Below are positions 10,901 to 22,510 of a stretch of DNA of 64,000 nucleotides, one piece after another (the stretch's first letter is position 1; each line of letters starts with the position of its first letter). Source of the stretch: Rhodosorus marinus CCMP1338. Its lineage: Eukaryota > Plantae > Rhodophyta. The translations under genes were made by a program, and so were the position numbers. Under the pieces are notes generated by a model. The model saw only the letters and a program-made list of their open reading frames with translations, was not told the DNA's origin and did no database searches. The DNA lies in assembly GCA_029953675.1 (NCBI GenBank), contig JAMWBK010000002.1:62001-126000 (forward strand). Reading direction: 5' to 3'.

Positions 10901-11071
10901 CTGATCATTGAGTGCTTTGGGTTCATGGACTCTGTTGGTTCTCGCTGGCTTCGGGAGTTGTTCCGCGAACGCCCTGACCGTCTTCAATCGTTGTTTACCC
11001 GCTTAAGTTTCCTGCTGTGGCGCATGAATGCCGCTTTGATGTTGGAGGCGCGAGTACTTCGCCGCGCTTAG
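7928..11071 (+). CDS. Family B ORF2: reverse transcriptase, CCHC knuckle and restriction-like endonuclease (1047 aa)
   Basis: GRSPGPSGL, IRPIGLVE, SVDFTNAFN, GVQQGDPLSP, YHDD, HLGIPYG, GGLGL, CPLC..H...C, RHTRI, RVADL..YVDL..K..KY, PLIIECFG. The ATG at 7928 overlaps the ORF1 stop. Confidence 0.95.
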   Translation: MSESSSSACVSSRLPLFTSDRSAWHERVLSWFSHLVASYPDGSLPLCRQSTAVRLPRRLHKPLGLVLDFLWQQVAANPHCSLRWELLFFFPRLVLTSSTVPLNPHPRRVHPRRKLQMFLSGDFEDLERLYFASLSSFSPSAPSAFRSSRQNRARHAVAGGDLRRAAGILQQRQPVVPYSDDLSSPLRLLFPSEGSPWDSSFESVLEEYRAAPHPSARLVVNLEAVRELVHDAPKGRSPGPSGLRVEYLRFLSDEGLKALAWVVEALVNGDPLCECAWFLVGRSQLCLLSKPGHTASSPAIRPIGLVEVVRKLAARWLVKILVPESRRFFGHVQLGVGYRGGCELLSVLLRSEMAYSPDSGLLSVDFTNAFNRVSRPALMHVVREVFPVGFPFVSRLYSPLGRGATYDTLGASSHTFAARTGVQQGDPLSPFLHACGLQLVLLCLRSEFPQVRTVAYHDDVCLLGPPDTLALAYDRLRSLASRVDLEVNHHKSFYWGGVAAQEQQVPASFQDIWRPDGFVHLGIPYGSPSFVEGELLQLLGKHRQLVAELRRLPPGFLQCSLLLFRYCCSQRLTYWLRSLPTHWGRWLATRADAESFRDLGYFLDEELSALPRPTCDVVRAQVGLPLRLGGLGLCNRVVVQPAAAVGAWGTALPTFSSLGIWKFRNLMASLSRGVLLPSVPESAQDLFLELQTALNSCTSLPETVQPRLPDWRAVFDRSRGSAPGIRPAPEPVLGEIDTVVAAEEEVPVDPPDDSQRAGSRAQARTDALQNILSWDLHRAAYGRLLAQMVSSSRARARLRSLGGVLSSQWLMTVPAFPPLTLSDFEVRTSLRLYLGLHQPPWPYEMGSSCPLCSQTEDNADFGAHLLASCPAVKGARTRRHTRILNLLYRELRPIVRQAGLEIEREKPLPVADFQNDERRVADLVITCDDSRPTTYVDLAVPNPQASRYLPAAGERRGSAAASMRRRKEIKYAGALSSPGVRASALAHRLVPLIIECFGFMDSVGSRWLRELFRERPDRLQSLFTRLSFLLWRMNAALMLEARVLRRA

Positions 11072-11788
11072 TCTTTTTTTCCCCTCGGGGTTTTTTTTTC
11101 AGCCTCCGATTAAACCATTCGTTCGTACATGTCACTCTATGCCTGTGCGGAGGGATGAGATGGGGTCTTTGCAAGAAACCTTGTTGCATGCTGTGTGTTT
11201 GTCGTTGATGGGGAGGGAGGACGAGCTAGTTTCGATGTGCGGAAGAGGATCTTCTGCTAATTGAGGGAGGTTGATTGTAGTCTAGTTTTGGAGGGGGGGG
11301 ATTTGGGAAGGAGTGTTTCTGAGGCTGTTAGAGGGGGGGCTTGAGGCTGTGGCACGTTGCCCAAGGCTTCATTACCGAAACTACTGACCATCTTGAGCAC
11401 AAAGCGGACGCGCAAACGCTCGTGCGCGTGGACCTTAATCGAGAGCTATGGCGTGGTACGGCTCGCTTGGCGATCCATGCCATGCGCAAAGATAATATTG
11501 TTCGGACGAGGTTCCCACTAGAAATTAATCTTCTACCCCGCTCTGGGGTCTCCTTAGCCTAGCCCCTCCTGTTTTCGGTGTTGGCAATAAATGTACCCGT
11601 TGCCGACAGACGCTCGCAGACAATTGGACTGGATCCACTTACTTACGGGAGCTACGAGACGCCTGCACGTCGACGAACCTCGTAATGGAAAATCTATGTT
11701 GTTTGCTCACCATCTCCATTGTTAGCTATGGGAAATGAGCACGCATCAATTGGAGTCAATTCGTCACACTTTATCAATAGTTCGTTTT

Positions 11789-12417
11789 CTAGTTTGAGCA
11801 GTTCAATTCAATTTTACATGCTGTCCCGTCGTATCCCAAGTTGTCAACGTAAGAGCAACCGTTGTGCCCGTCTTGAGGAATTATATTCACGTCAGACTCG
11901 TCTATCACAGCTGCTATGAGTAAATATAAGTGTCCGCCGCAACATCCTTTCCCGCTCGGTAAAGGGAATACTTGAAATTCGTCCATGCATATATATTGGG
12001 TGGCTCCGATGGGAGACCATGTGTACAATGGGGGGGGCTAACCTCGTCTCCATGAGACTGAATGACACCACCCTGTGTACCCGTAACTTTCGATCCTTTG
12101 ACTAATCCCGTGTAGGTAATCATAAAGCATTTCTGTCCCTGATGTGATACCACCTCGACACACGCTTGGGCAAGTTCCTGATATTCTCCAAAAACGCTCA
12201 TCTTATAACAGACTTGGGATTGTCCCGCAAGTGTTACATTCTGGTAGTTCTTAGTAAACTCTGAACATACCGCCAAGCCTGGAGTCGGAGTCGGAGTCGG
12301 AGTCGGAGTCGGAGTCGATATCGAGCTCTGAGTCAGAGGTCGAGGTGGAGTATGCACCCCCTGCACTACGTTGATGCATAGCAACGTAGCAACCACAAAC
12401 ACAACCACAACTCTCAT
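11789..12417 (-). CDS. Secreted Cys-rich protein (signal peptide, PT linker, one Cys domain) with a frameshift in a G8 run
   Basis: ORF 11914-12417 (MRVVVVFVVATLLC..) switches near 12030-12037 into ORF 11789-12028 (YICMDEF..GCCGG..C..CKIELNC). The joined product aligns with the domains in 37083-39842. Confidence 0.65.
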
Positions 12418-13089
12418 TTTACAGCTTACCGTAGTTTACCTGTTGTAACTTTTCCTTGTCACTTTCCGCACAAGAATCCAATCACCAACCGCTGGGTACG
12501 AGCTGTGTAGTTGCTGAAGTACGCTACTTTACGTTTCTTGATCTGCAAATGACTTCTCTCAAACGCTATGCCATCGTCTGTTCATCTTCGGAGGTCAACA
12601 CGCTGCTCATTCTCTTTATATACTACTAAAATCTGATCACGCTCTCCGTCGTGGAACTGCTCTAAAGCATACTAAAGTATCAAGGCCTGACGGCTGGCCT
12701 GACAGCCAGCTGCTGGTCCTTGAGTTTCCTTGCTACTAGCTACTACGACTGTTGCTCAATAAATCCACTAAACTACTACTAAATACGCATAAAGCAGCGA
12801 ACGATATTCATATCCACGGAAACTACAAAAAGTTTGGAATCGTTTGGAAGCCGTTGAATGCGCATGTCCGAGAGCCCTAAATGATGGACGGGATAAAAGG
12901 TAGAACAGTCTCGATCAAGACCGGGTCAATATGAGCTTTGAGCTTCCAAACGCAATCGTTGAGCTATGGAGCCAGAAGTTGGGCATAGATTGGGAAGATA
13001 GGGGGCAGAAGCGAGAGAGTGAAGTAAAAAGATTGTATTAAAGATTAAACCAGCTTGTCCTGAGAATTATCTTACACCCATCACGGTTT

Positions 13090-13915
13090 TCACGTCAGCT
13101 CACCCGGAGGCCTCCACGGGTCAGCTGGGCACGGTGGCTCTCGCACTTTAGTTCCTCTGGTCATCGAAACTTTTAGCTTAACGGAGCCTGAAGGCGGGGT
13201 GGACTCCACGCTTCCGCCTATTAATAGAAGCAAAAAGCTGTTTAACGGAAGACTTGGCATGCGGGGGGGAATGGACTTCGGGAGCTGAGTGCGAGCACAG
13301 ACCGGTGGGCTTACACAAGCGAAACGAAGATACGAGCAAGCATGAGATGATGATGATTTGTCAGTCTCGGGTTCCGAATAAAGGCTACCGGTTACGTTAG
13401 TCTTGGCGATATTCTAGCAGCATGCTTGCCGAGGCGCGCCATCGGCGCCTGGATTTGTCTCCCTAGTTCTTCGCGCCTGGGTTTGCACGTTTCCCTCCCT
13501 AGTTCTTACTTCTCTTTCACGCCTTGCGTAGCGCTGCCTATTAATAGAAGAAAAAAAACTAGCAACGGAAGACTGGGTTGCGGGGGAATGGACTTCGGGA
13601 GCTGAGTGCGAGCACAGAGCGGTTGGGCTTACACACGAACGAACGAACACAAGGGCAACGAAGATACGAGCAAGCATGAGATGATGCTGATTTGTTAGTC
13701 CGGGGGTTCCGAATGAAGGCTACTCGGTTGCCTTCATTCGGAACCCCCGGACTTAGTCTTGGCGATATTCTAGCAGCATGCCTGCGGAGGCGCGCCATCG
13801 GCGCCTGGTTCTGTCTCCCTAGTTCTTACTTCTCTTTCACGCCTTGCGTAGCGCTTCAGGCTATGCTATAGTTAGTCAGTAAAGTCCAGCAAAGCCAGTA
13901 AAGCCAGTCTAGGGT
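13090..13915 (+). mobile_element. Three tandem 3'-end fragments of C/B-related elements
   Basis: RLE tail remnants (LVPLVIETF; WRYSSSMLAEARHRR) are repeated and separated by TTACGTTAGTCT (13392-13403) and TTAGTCT (13753-13759). Confidence 0.7.
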
Positions 13916-14219
13916 AAGCGTTCATAGTTACGGCTTTCCGAAGGTTGGTTGCGCATGAGCAAATTTCGCCTGTAGATCGGGCCAGAATTCGGTCAGGAGC
14001 GGGTTCCAGATCGGGAGTGTGGTTGAATCTCGAACCGAAAAAACTTTTTGGAGGAACAGCAAATTTATTTGTTTTTACACTACTGCAAATTCCACTCAGG
14101 TTTGTTCTATTTTAGTCTCCGGTTAAACTATTCAAACACTGCAAATTAGTGTGCGACAGCTGTTGGGCCCGCAGACTCCAGGATTAAGAACTACGGAGAA
14201 GTGCGGCAGCTGTCGTGTT

Positions 14220-14640
14220 TCAAATGGGACTTTAGTCACTTTACTGGCTGTACTCACTTTAGTGGACTTCACTTTACTAACATACTAGCGATAGGGACTT
14301 TCAGGCAGGCTTGACTGGCTTTACAGGCTTTTTAGCCCGAAGCGGGTCGCAAGGCGTGAAAAGGGAACTAGCATAGTGTGAAGCGGTGCGCAAGACTTGA
14401 AAAGTAACGAAGAACTAGGGAGAGAAACCCAGGCGCCGGTTGCACGCGGCGGCAAGCATGCTGCTTGTTTTAGAACATCGTTAAGGGCGACACTGAAACG
14501 GCGTATGAGCTCCTAGTATTCGATAGGGAACTCAGCGAAACACTTCCTCATTCCAAACCCGATTTCCCACGTGGCCCAAGCTTTCCACAGTGAAAGGCTG
14601 GAACCAGTAAGAACGACCAGCAACGAAAGCGAGACTGGCT
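14220..14640 (-). pseudogene. Degenerate 3' end of a C-like element
   Basis: Reverse complement resembles C ..FQPF.VES.GHV.. and ..SMLAA..RRLG.., followed by an AGTAAAG-rich tail. Confidence 0.55.
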
Positions 14641-14677
14641 ATACTCAGTGGTTTTTACCGTTTCCGTGGTTTTTGTT

Positions 14678-14696
14678 GGGGTTACGTTAGTCTGGG
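14678..14696 (+). repeat. Telomere-like unit GGGGTTACGTTAGTCTGGG ahead of an element 5' end
   Basis: Exact core located 50 nt upstream of the ORF1 ATG (14747). Confidence 0.88.
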
Positions 14697-16896
14697 ATAC
14701 TCTGGGCATAAATCGGAAAATACAGCGGTTTGGAACTAAATTCGTAATGATAGAGAAGGAATTACGCGAGCGGTACCCGGAGCCTCTTCTGCTCCCGAGA
14801 AACCCGCCCTCGGTTACACGCGCACGCGAGAAAGAGCTGCTGCAACAGCACCAGCAGAACCACCAGCATACAGGAGCAGAACAGGACGCAGAGATGAATG
14901 CAGAAAACAGAGCAGAGGGGAAGGCTGCAGCCTACCCAGCTGCCGCCTTTATCCACCAGCTGCACAGCTACGACCGGTGCTACCAAGCCCTGGGAATGGG
15001 CGAGTCTGACATCGTCGACTTTTACCAGGCAGTCTTCAACCTTTATTCGTGCATAAATTGTTCGAACGAACTGCAAGGAGTGACAGCACGTCTTAATGAG
15101 CTTGCACAAAAACCGCGTATGTGGCAAGGTGGACCAGCCACTACGAGCTCGCCTCAACCCCCGCAGCAGCACCAGCGGACGTGCGGCAGTCAATCAATAT
15201 GCGCCAGAACCTATCAACAATCAACTTCCGGAGGGGACAGGTGTCCTAGCTCAGGCCCACTACGCAGAAGTATTCCCTGTCATCGGGACCTGCAGCACAC
15301 GGGCAACGTACGCTCAGCGCACTGTCTAAAATACTCCAACTCGAGAATCAGAGGCTCAAGTCCGAACAGCAGGACGCCCGGGCTCACAGACCCAGCAGGC
15401 AGCGCTGCGACAGCTGCACGCCACAGTGGCAGGGTCCTCCAGGGGACCTGAGATCAAACCAATCCTCGCCACCCTTAGAAACGTACGCCCGCCAAGGCAG
15501 GATGATGTGGCACCTTCCGACTTCACCACCGTCCTCTGCCGCGCGCTGGGAATCCCAGCCTCTCACATCGCGCATGTGGACTTCATCTCATCACACGCAA
15601 GCTTGCTCTGCCATCCGGATGCAATCCCCATAGTGCAGAGCGCTATCGCCCGAGGCTCGGAAAGAGACATCTGTCGTTCTCTACTCTCGCAGCCATCGAT
15701 GAAACGCTGGAAGAGCGTCTACCGCCGTTACGAGGACTACAACATCCACCAGCGGTCGCCGGGGAGAGTGTGGAACCCCTTGAGACTGCAGCAGCTACAC
15801 ACGCAGCCCCAGAAGCCTAGGCTCCTCACGGAGCCGCGCAGGCAACCCGCGGGACCATTGACGCCTCGGGTAACTCCAGCGCTACGTCTCAACTACCACA
15901 GGAGGATGCCGAAGAGGAAAATCCACACGGCAAGTGACTCTCTACACGGGACAGGCACTGGATACAGACAACCTGTTGGGATATAATGAACGTCAGCACA
16001 TTGCCCCAGCGAACATCGGGGCCTAGACCCTGAAAAGGGCCATTGAGCAGACTATCCGGATCCGCGCGAGGCTTCGCAGAAGGCAACTCTCGTTCAACAC
16101 TCTCGCAAGCGATACACGAGTACCTGGAGAGCAGACTCGGAGACCTACAAGCCAGACAACGTACTCCAACGGTACAAGGGAAGAGCGGGGAACCCCCAGC
16201 GCCTGCAGCCGCCACGAACGCAGACCCTGAAGCCTCGTCCCTTACAGGGGACGCACAGGCAGCCCGTGGGACAGTCGACGCTCCGGGCAATCTCCTAGCG
16301 CTTCCCAAGTACCCGAAGAGGATGCACCCGAGGATAACCCTCATGCAGAGCTCCTCTGCAACCTGCCCAAGCCTCCTCAACACAAGCGGTCGGGAGTATC
16401 CACTGATGGCACAGGCCAGGATATCGAGATGACTCCGGCAGCCGTAGAGGCTCCACAGGGCAACACTGCACCCCAGGCCGACCACACTGCCACCCATCAT
16501 GCGATGGACACACAGGACAGCCAGGAAACACCTACGCAATAATGCCCAGCCGACAAAGGGGAATCAAACGAAGACGCGACGAGCCTCTGTTCTTCTCGGA
16601 TCGTCAAGCCTGGGTCAAACGGTGGACCGACTTCGTTGACCAAGTTACGACAGGAGGCAGGCATTGGACGCGCCTAACACACTGCCCGGTGCCCACACGG
16701 CGCTTTGTACCCCGTGCCCACGTCAATACCTGGAGCCGCCTTCTTCGTGCAGCTCTTGAGATTTCCATGGACACAGCCGCACCCGCCAACGCTAGCCTAC
16801 TTCTTGTCGCACTTCCAGGCCTGGTGCTAGGACGTTGTGCACTTGACATCGGTATTCAGGTCACACATGTGCTCCAAGGAGAATTACATAGGGGGG
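14697..16896 (+). mobile_element. T1-related element: decayed, rearranged ORF1 and the start of ORF2, 3'-truncated
   Basis: ORF1 pieces at 14747-15451, 15426-15660 and ~15940-16542. TAATG stop-start at 16540-16544. ORF2 MPSRQRGIK..LVALPGLVLG is homologous to 30015. Confidence 0.85.
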
Positions 16897-16900
16897 TTAC

Positions 16901-17140
16901 GCACGAATTAGGTCCCTGTCGGGAGCAGCTTGAAGATCGAGGGGTTCATCCAACAGCGTGCCCCAGTGGTGTAGCGTCATCTCGTCGGCTTTGGCTGCGA
17001 TCCACGAGCCCCGGTCCGGTGGTAGGCTGCGCAACCAGTAGTTGAGTCGGGGACCGGCACAACAGCGGGAAAGCAACTTTACGGGAAAGCAACCAGGCCG
17101 ATTGCTGCATGCTGTCTGGTAGGCGCTCAATGGCGTCGGT
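16901..17140 (-). mobile_element. Internal fragment of a C-like ORF2
   Basis: GPRLNYWLRSLPP..WIAAKADEMTLHHWGTLLDEPLDL..DLIRA matches C at about 18620-18850. Confidence 0.8.
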
Positions 17141-17309
17141 CCCAGCATCATTTGTTGGACTGGATGAGTTGTGAATGGGGAGCCTGCCTGCTCGTGGCTT
17201 GCAATGCGAGACCAGCAGATCTGCGATGCGGCGAGACGGCGCCGTGCCGGATACTTATCTGGGAAGTCTACCAGTAAATCCACAACGGACACATAGCGAT
17301 TGGTATTCA

Positions 17310-20300
17310 TGGACTTTACTAGCATAGACTGAAGCGCTACGCAAGGCGTGAAGATGAACTAATAACTATGGAGGGAAGCATGCAACCCCAGGCGCCGATG
17401 GCGCGCCTCGGAAAGCATGTGGCTCGAATATCGCCAAAGGGAGACACTTAAACGCCTCAAGAGCGCCAAATATTCAGTAGGATGCTCAGCAAAACATTTC
17501 CGCAGCCACTCTAAATCCGAATTATCCACGTGACCAAAGCTTTCCACAATGAATGGCTGGAACCGGTGAGAGCGACCCTCAGCGCAAGGCAGACTGGCCA
17601 TGCTCTCAGCATACCGTCGTTCCTTAACTCTTCGAAGGGCTGAAGCCGCGGCCCCCCGGCGGCGGGCGGCTGCGGTGAGGTGGGCGCTGGCCACGGGGAG
17701 GTAATCGCAAGGTCCACATATGTTGAGCATCTGGCAGCAGCGTCGGAGACGAGGAGATCGGCGATACAACGGGGCGGTGCAGAGTCCGAGATTGATCTGG
17801 GCAGTTCCGACTCAACCTCAACCGTATGCCCTATCCGAGTCAAAAATTCGCTGAGGATGTACTTGAGGCGAGTCAGACGCCTCGTACGGAGACCTCTCAA
17901 CAGTCAGCAGGAACCCAGGAAGTGGTAGCCACAAGCGTCAATCCGGCTCTCACATCCCTGACAGAAAGACGGCCGATTAGAGTGCCACGGAGCCTGTGGC
18001 AAACCGAGATAGATCCGTGCGGCCTAACGGAACTGGAAAGCATCGAGACGATGACTCAATGACGACGGTAGAGTGGTTAACCACAAGTGCGAGAGGTGGC
18101 CTCCCATGCCGCGGAGACGAGCGGCAGTGGTAGGCGGCGTGAGAGGAGAATCGAGCATGACTGTGTGAGCGGAACTGTGTTGGCCCCAGGTGAGGCTATG
18201 TTGAATCACATCAGTGCGGGAGCTCCATAATCGGCTCAAACCCGGGTAGTCTGCAACAGGTGACCCGGGGCTAGCCTCTCCGTCATCGGCAAGAACTCGG
18301 TCGAGGGGAGAATCCTCAATCGCTTCAGCTCGTCCCCATAACAGCTCCTTCCAGGAACGAAAGCGGGACCTATTTGCGTCCGGCACGGCGTTGCACCTCC
18401 TGAACGCGTGTTGAAGACCATCATAAATTGTCAAAAGCGGGGGCGGCAGGGTCACTGGATCCTCGTTGGTCAAAGCTCGAGCCAAGAGGCAGGCACTTCG
18501 CATCTGGAAGGTCACCAACGTTCGCAGCGCGGTAGCTCAGGACGCAACCGCCGCTGGCGAGCATACCAGCCCACGGTCTGCGACGCCGAATCCCCCTAAT
18601 CGCAACGGTAGAGCGATCTGTGCACGAATCAAGTCCCTGTTGGGAGCAGTTTCAAGATCGAGGGGCTCATCCAAGAGCGTTCCCCAGTGTTGCAGGGTCA
18701 TCTCGTCGGCTTTAGCCGCGATCCACAAGCCCCAAGCTGGAGGCAGGCTGCGCAACCAGTAGTGGAGTCTGGGACCGGCACAAAAGCGGGAAAGCAAGCA
18801 GGCCGATTGCAGCATGCTGTCGGGTAGGTGTTCAATGGCGTCGGTGAGTTGCTTGTGCCGTGCCAAAACTCGCTCGCAGGATGCTTGGACAAAGTTGTCA
18901 GTCCCCAATCCGACGCCGTGGTGTTCGAACCCTTCACGTTCGCTGATTAGTCGCAGAGTGGGTGGCAGAGAGGCCAGCGACACGTCCCTCGGGGGGAGAA
19001 AGCGACATTTTTCTGTTTCCACAATCAAACCGACGCGACGTGCAATCGCTTCGATCTCGGTCAGCCCCCTAGCCAGGGTCTCAGGGGTGCCCGGCAATGT
19101 TAAGTCATCGTGGTACGCGCAGATTCGAAGATCCGAGACCTCAGTCGAAAGACGTAAAAGTACGAGCTGTAGGGCACAGGCATGAAGAAGAGATCCGCAA
19201 GGGTCGCCTTGTTGGACGCCAGTATGTGCTTGAAAACAGTGCCCTCCGTTGTCAAGTAGGGGAGGCTCTCCCCTCCGTAAATACCCGATAGAAACGGCCG
19301 CGCCTCCGGACACACCCGTCGGAGCACCTCTAGCGCATGCGTCTGCGACACACTGTTGAATGTGTTCCGGAAATCAACCACCAAGACTCCCCACTCCGGC
19401 CTACTGGCGCGTTCTAGCTCGATCCCATGGGTGATCAGTTCGCAACCCCCAGAAAATCCCACCCCTACTTGCAAGGGCGCCATAAAAGCTGTGACGCGCT
19501 GGCGAGGCGCTGGCATAGCCACCTCCCGGCTAACTTCCGTAGGCTCTCCACCATCCCGATCGGCTGGAGACGCGGGTGGGCCGGCTGGTGGTCAGGTTTC
19601 GTGAGCAAGCAAAGCTGTGCCTGCCGGAGATGTTCCCATGGCGCAGACGCACCCGATACGCCCTGAAACAACTTGTTAAGGATCCTCAGAAGCGCGCTCT
19701 GGCCAGGCTGGCTCAGGGCCTGCAATAGCTCTGTTCTTAGTCCGGAGGGTCCGGGACAGCGTCCCCGACGCGAGGTACGAAGCAAATCCTCCAGGTCAGA
19801 CTCACTGAGGGTCAGATCGATGCGAAACCTGGCCAACTCCGGACGGTCCAAGAATACCTCGAATTCAGGGGACAAGTCCACGTCGGACTCAGGGAACAAA
19901 GACGACACCGTCTGGGCGAGACTATCATCGTAAGGGAGGACAGGCGCCTGGCCCTCCAAAACCCGCGCCGCTCGACTTAAATCGCCCACTGCTACCAATT
20001 TCTGTACTCGAGCCGGCACGGGCGACACTGTGCCATCCCGAGTCCGACGGGTGGATGGTGCTGACGACGCCAAATAGCTGCGCTGTAGTACTTCGAAGTC
20101 TCCCTTCAAGAACAGGGCCAGTCGGTCTCGTACTCGCCATCTGCGCTCCGATGTGTGAATGGGGGCCAGAATCAGGCGCGGTATGACCCCCAGAATCCTA
20201 CCCAAATGACTGTGTCCCGAATGTTACGAGCCAGGCTCGTGAAGATGAAATCGAGAATGGTTCCAGTTACTAGAAGGTCTCCACGAGGGAGGACGACTGG

Positions 20301-22000
20301 GGGAATGCCCCCACGGAGGGGAAGCGAGCCTCCTTCCAAAGAAATCCACCGCCGGAGCCAACTCCGAAAACGCGTACGCCAAATGCCCCAGTCTCCGCCC
20401 TCCTTCAGGACATAAGCCTGTAGATCCATAGGCTGCGACCTCGCAGCCGTGCCTGGAGCGCTAATCGTGCTTCTCCCCCTTAGACCCGGGAGGGTCGGTC
20501 CTCGCTATCTTACCTCCTATCCGCACCAAAGTCGTGAGCCGCCCACTCCGCGAGGCTCGCGGAACGGATCCCGCGGGCTTCAGCAAAGTAACCTGGGCGT
20601 CCTCCACCGCCATGCCCTCAGTCTGCTCCCCTGCCTCACCACTCTCGCTGGAAGTGGTGCTGGAAGCAGAGCCCTCCAAAATCCCCAACCGCTGCAGCTC
20701 TGTCTTGTAGCGCAAAGTCAGCACAAGTCGCCTCTCCAGATCGAAGAAGCTGGACACCGCCATGCGCAGGTTACGAGGGCCCGACCGGAAGCGCTCCAAC
20801 AAGATCCTCTCAAGGCGCTGAATCCGTAGCCAATGGATCGCTGCCGCCTTCACGCTGCTCTCATGCTCAGAGAGCCCTGCCGTTTCTCCCGGAGACAGGA
20901 AATTGCCCGAGAGACGGTCAAAATCGAAGTGCAAAACCACCTGCGGGTTGCAGCGCAGCCACCGGGCGCTCTCATGCCACTGCTCGGTAGGCTTCGCCAG
21001 TAAGGCCTCCAGGTACTTGGCGGCGGTTGCGGAGACCAAAAACAGCACTTCGCCAGCCCTCATAGTTTGTGAAGAAGAAATCACCCCGGCTGGACCCTAA
21101 CGATTCCGCAAAAGTGTCCCGGAAGTCTCGCATAGACGGAACCTGGCCTCGGGTAGTCTGAGGCCGGACATTTCGCACCCACAGAAATTGGAGAGTGGTC
21201 TCCACAGGTCCATCCTGAGGCTCGCGAGATGGTAGGAAACGGAGCATAGCCGCCGTACGTGTGGCAGTGGTGCCCTTCCGCAAGACTGAGGCGTACGAAG
21301 CGCCCCCCTTGCGGCCACCACGTGCCCCCGCAGTAGCCGGGAGCTGGTGACCACCTGAGGGCTGGTCCAAGAGAGGGAAGTCCACAGCTGCAGTCTCCTC
21401 CACACCGGTTGCCGCACAGTCACCACCACCATTGCCTCGAGTCCCCGAGCGCTGAGGCGCGTTTGGGCCCGGCCTGCCGCTCCCCAACGTCGTACTGTCC
21501 CGCGCAGAAGCAACCGCCCTCGCCTGTCCCGGGACAGGTTCATGTTGATTGACCTGATGTTGACTGCCTTCAGCCAACGCTGCCACTCTAGTGCAATTCA
21601 AATTCTCGTCATTTGAATTTGACCTGGCCAGCAATCCCGCTTCCAGCCCACCTAGCTTCTGGCTGAGCTGAGGCAGCACTCCACGATCACTCGCAGCCGT
21701 GATCAGGCTGGTGACAGCGGAGATAAGTGCACGCGCCTGGGTGCCAGAAGCGCCTTCCAAGTCAACCTCGGAAGAAAAGGTGCCGCAGCTGAGGCGAACA
21801 CGGAGTCCCCCACCTGGTAGTGCCTCCTTGGGAGGAGGCTCCGTCGATCGCGGAGATATCCCTACCATCCTGAGGGAATGCGCAAAGGAAACGTTGCACC
21901 ACCAATATGAAACCGCACCGAGAGAATAATCGACCAAACCCAACCCAAATAGGAAAGGCCCCGCAACTCACCCACCCGGAAGACAGAAGTAGTTGCAAAT
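17310..22000 (-). mobile_element. Family C, near full-length two-ORF element with multiple frameshifts (5' boundary approximate)
   Basis: ORF1 21868 to 20461 (one shift near 21090). ORF2 20429 to 17359 in about 7 frame segments, with GRCPGPSGL, LQPIGMVE, VDFRNTFN, GVQQGDP, YHDD, GGFGV, CIADL and FQPFIVESFG. Confidence 0.9.
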
Positions 22001-22510
22001 GCAAACGACGCCTTATCTATGACGGGGCACATCAGCGCGGATCATGAAACTCTTGAAGGAGGAGGCGAAGCCCACTCCGTGGTTTGGGGGTTTGGTGGTT
22101 TTACGACCTCTTCAAAACAATCGAGCTTGTGCTAAACGACTGCTGAGCTGAAAAATGTACTCTTGCGTTTCTGTGGACAGCCTGGTGCTCGGTTCCCCAA
22201 TCGGAAATTCGAGCTGAAAATTTTGGCTCCTGTTCAAGGGACGACCGTCTATGGAGGTGTAGCCAGACTAAAACCAACAAGCGACAGCGCTCGGATACGC
22301 TCACCATGTTGGGCGTTCGTCGCTCTTTGCCTGGTTAGGAGTCTGATTGCAAAGATCTAATAAGCGCAATACAATTTTTTTCGGGGTCCCACACATTGGT
22401 TTGGCGTCGCTTTAAGGCGATACTGTGTAATTTATTATACTCCTTACTTTACAGTCAGGAACATGAAGTAAAATTTCACACCGCATACGGGCACAATAAT
22501 CTCAAGTCTT

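Larger units (their letters stand above)
6377..11126 (+). mobile_element. Family B, apparently full-length intact two-ORF CRE-like element (5' boundary approximate)
   Basis: Two uninterrupted overlapping ORFs. The short T-rich 3'UTR ends ATTAAACCATTCGTTCGT, the same terminus seen at 51757, 54042 and 57470. Confidence 0.9.

Noticed and set aside
7928-11071. RT as a retron, DGR or group II intron enzyme
   Set aside because: The C-terminal Zn knuckle plus RLE domain, 5' truncations and a TSD identify non-LTR retrotransposons.
17359-21868. Programmed frameshifting in family C
   Set aside because: About 8 scattered shifts with no consistent slippery site; decay or long-read indels are more parsimonious.
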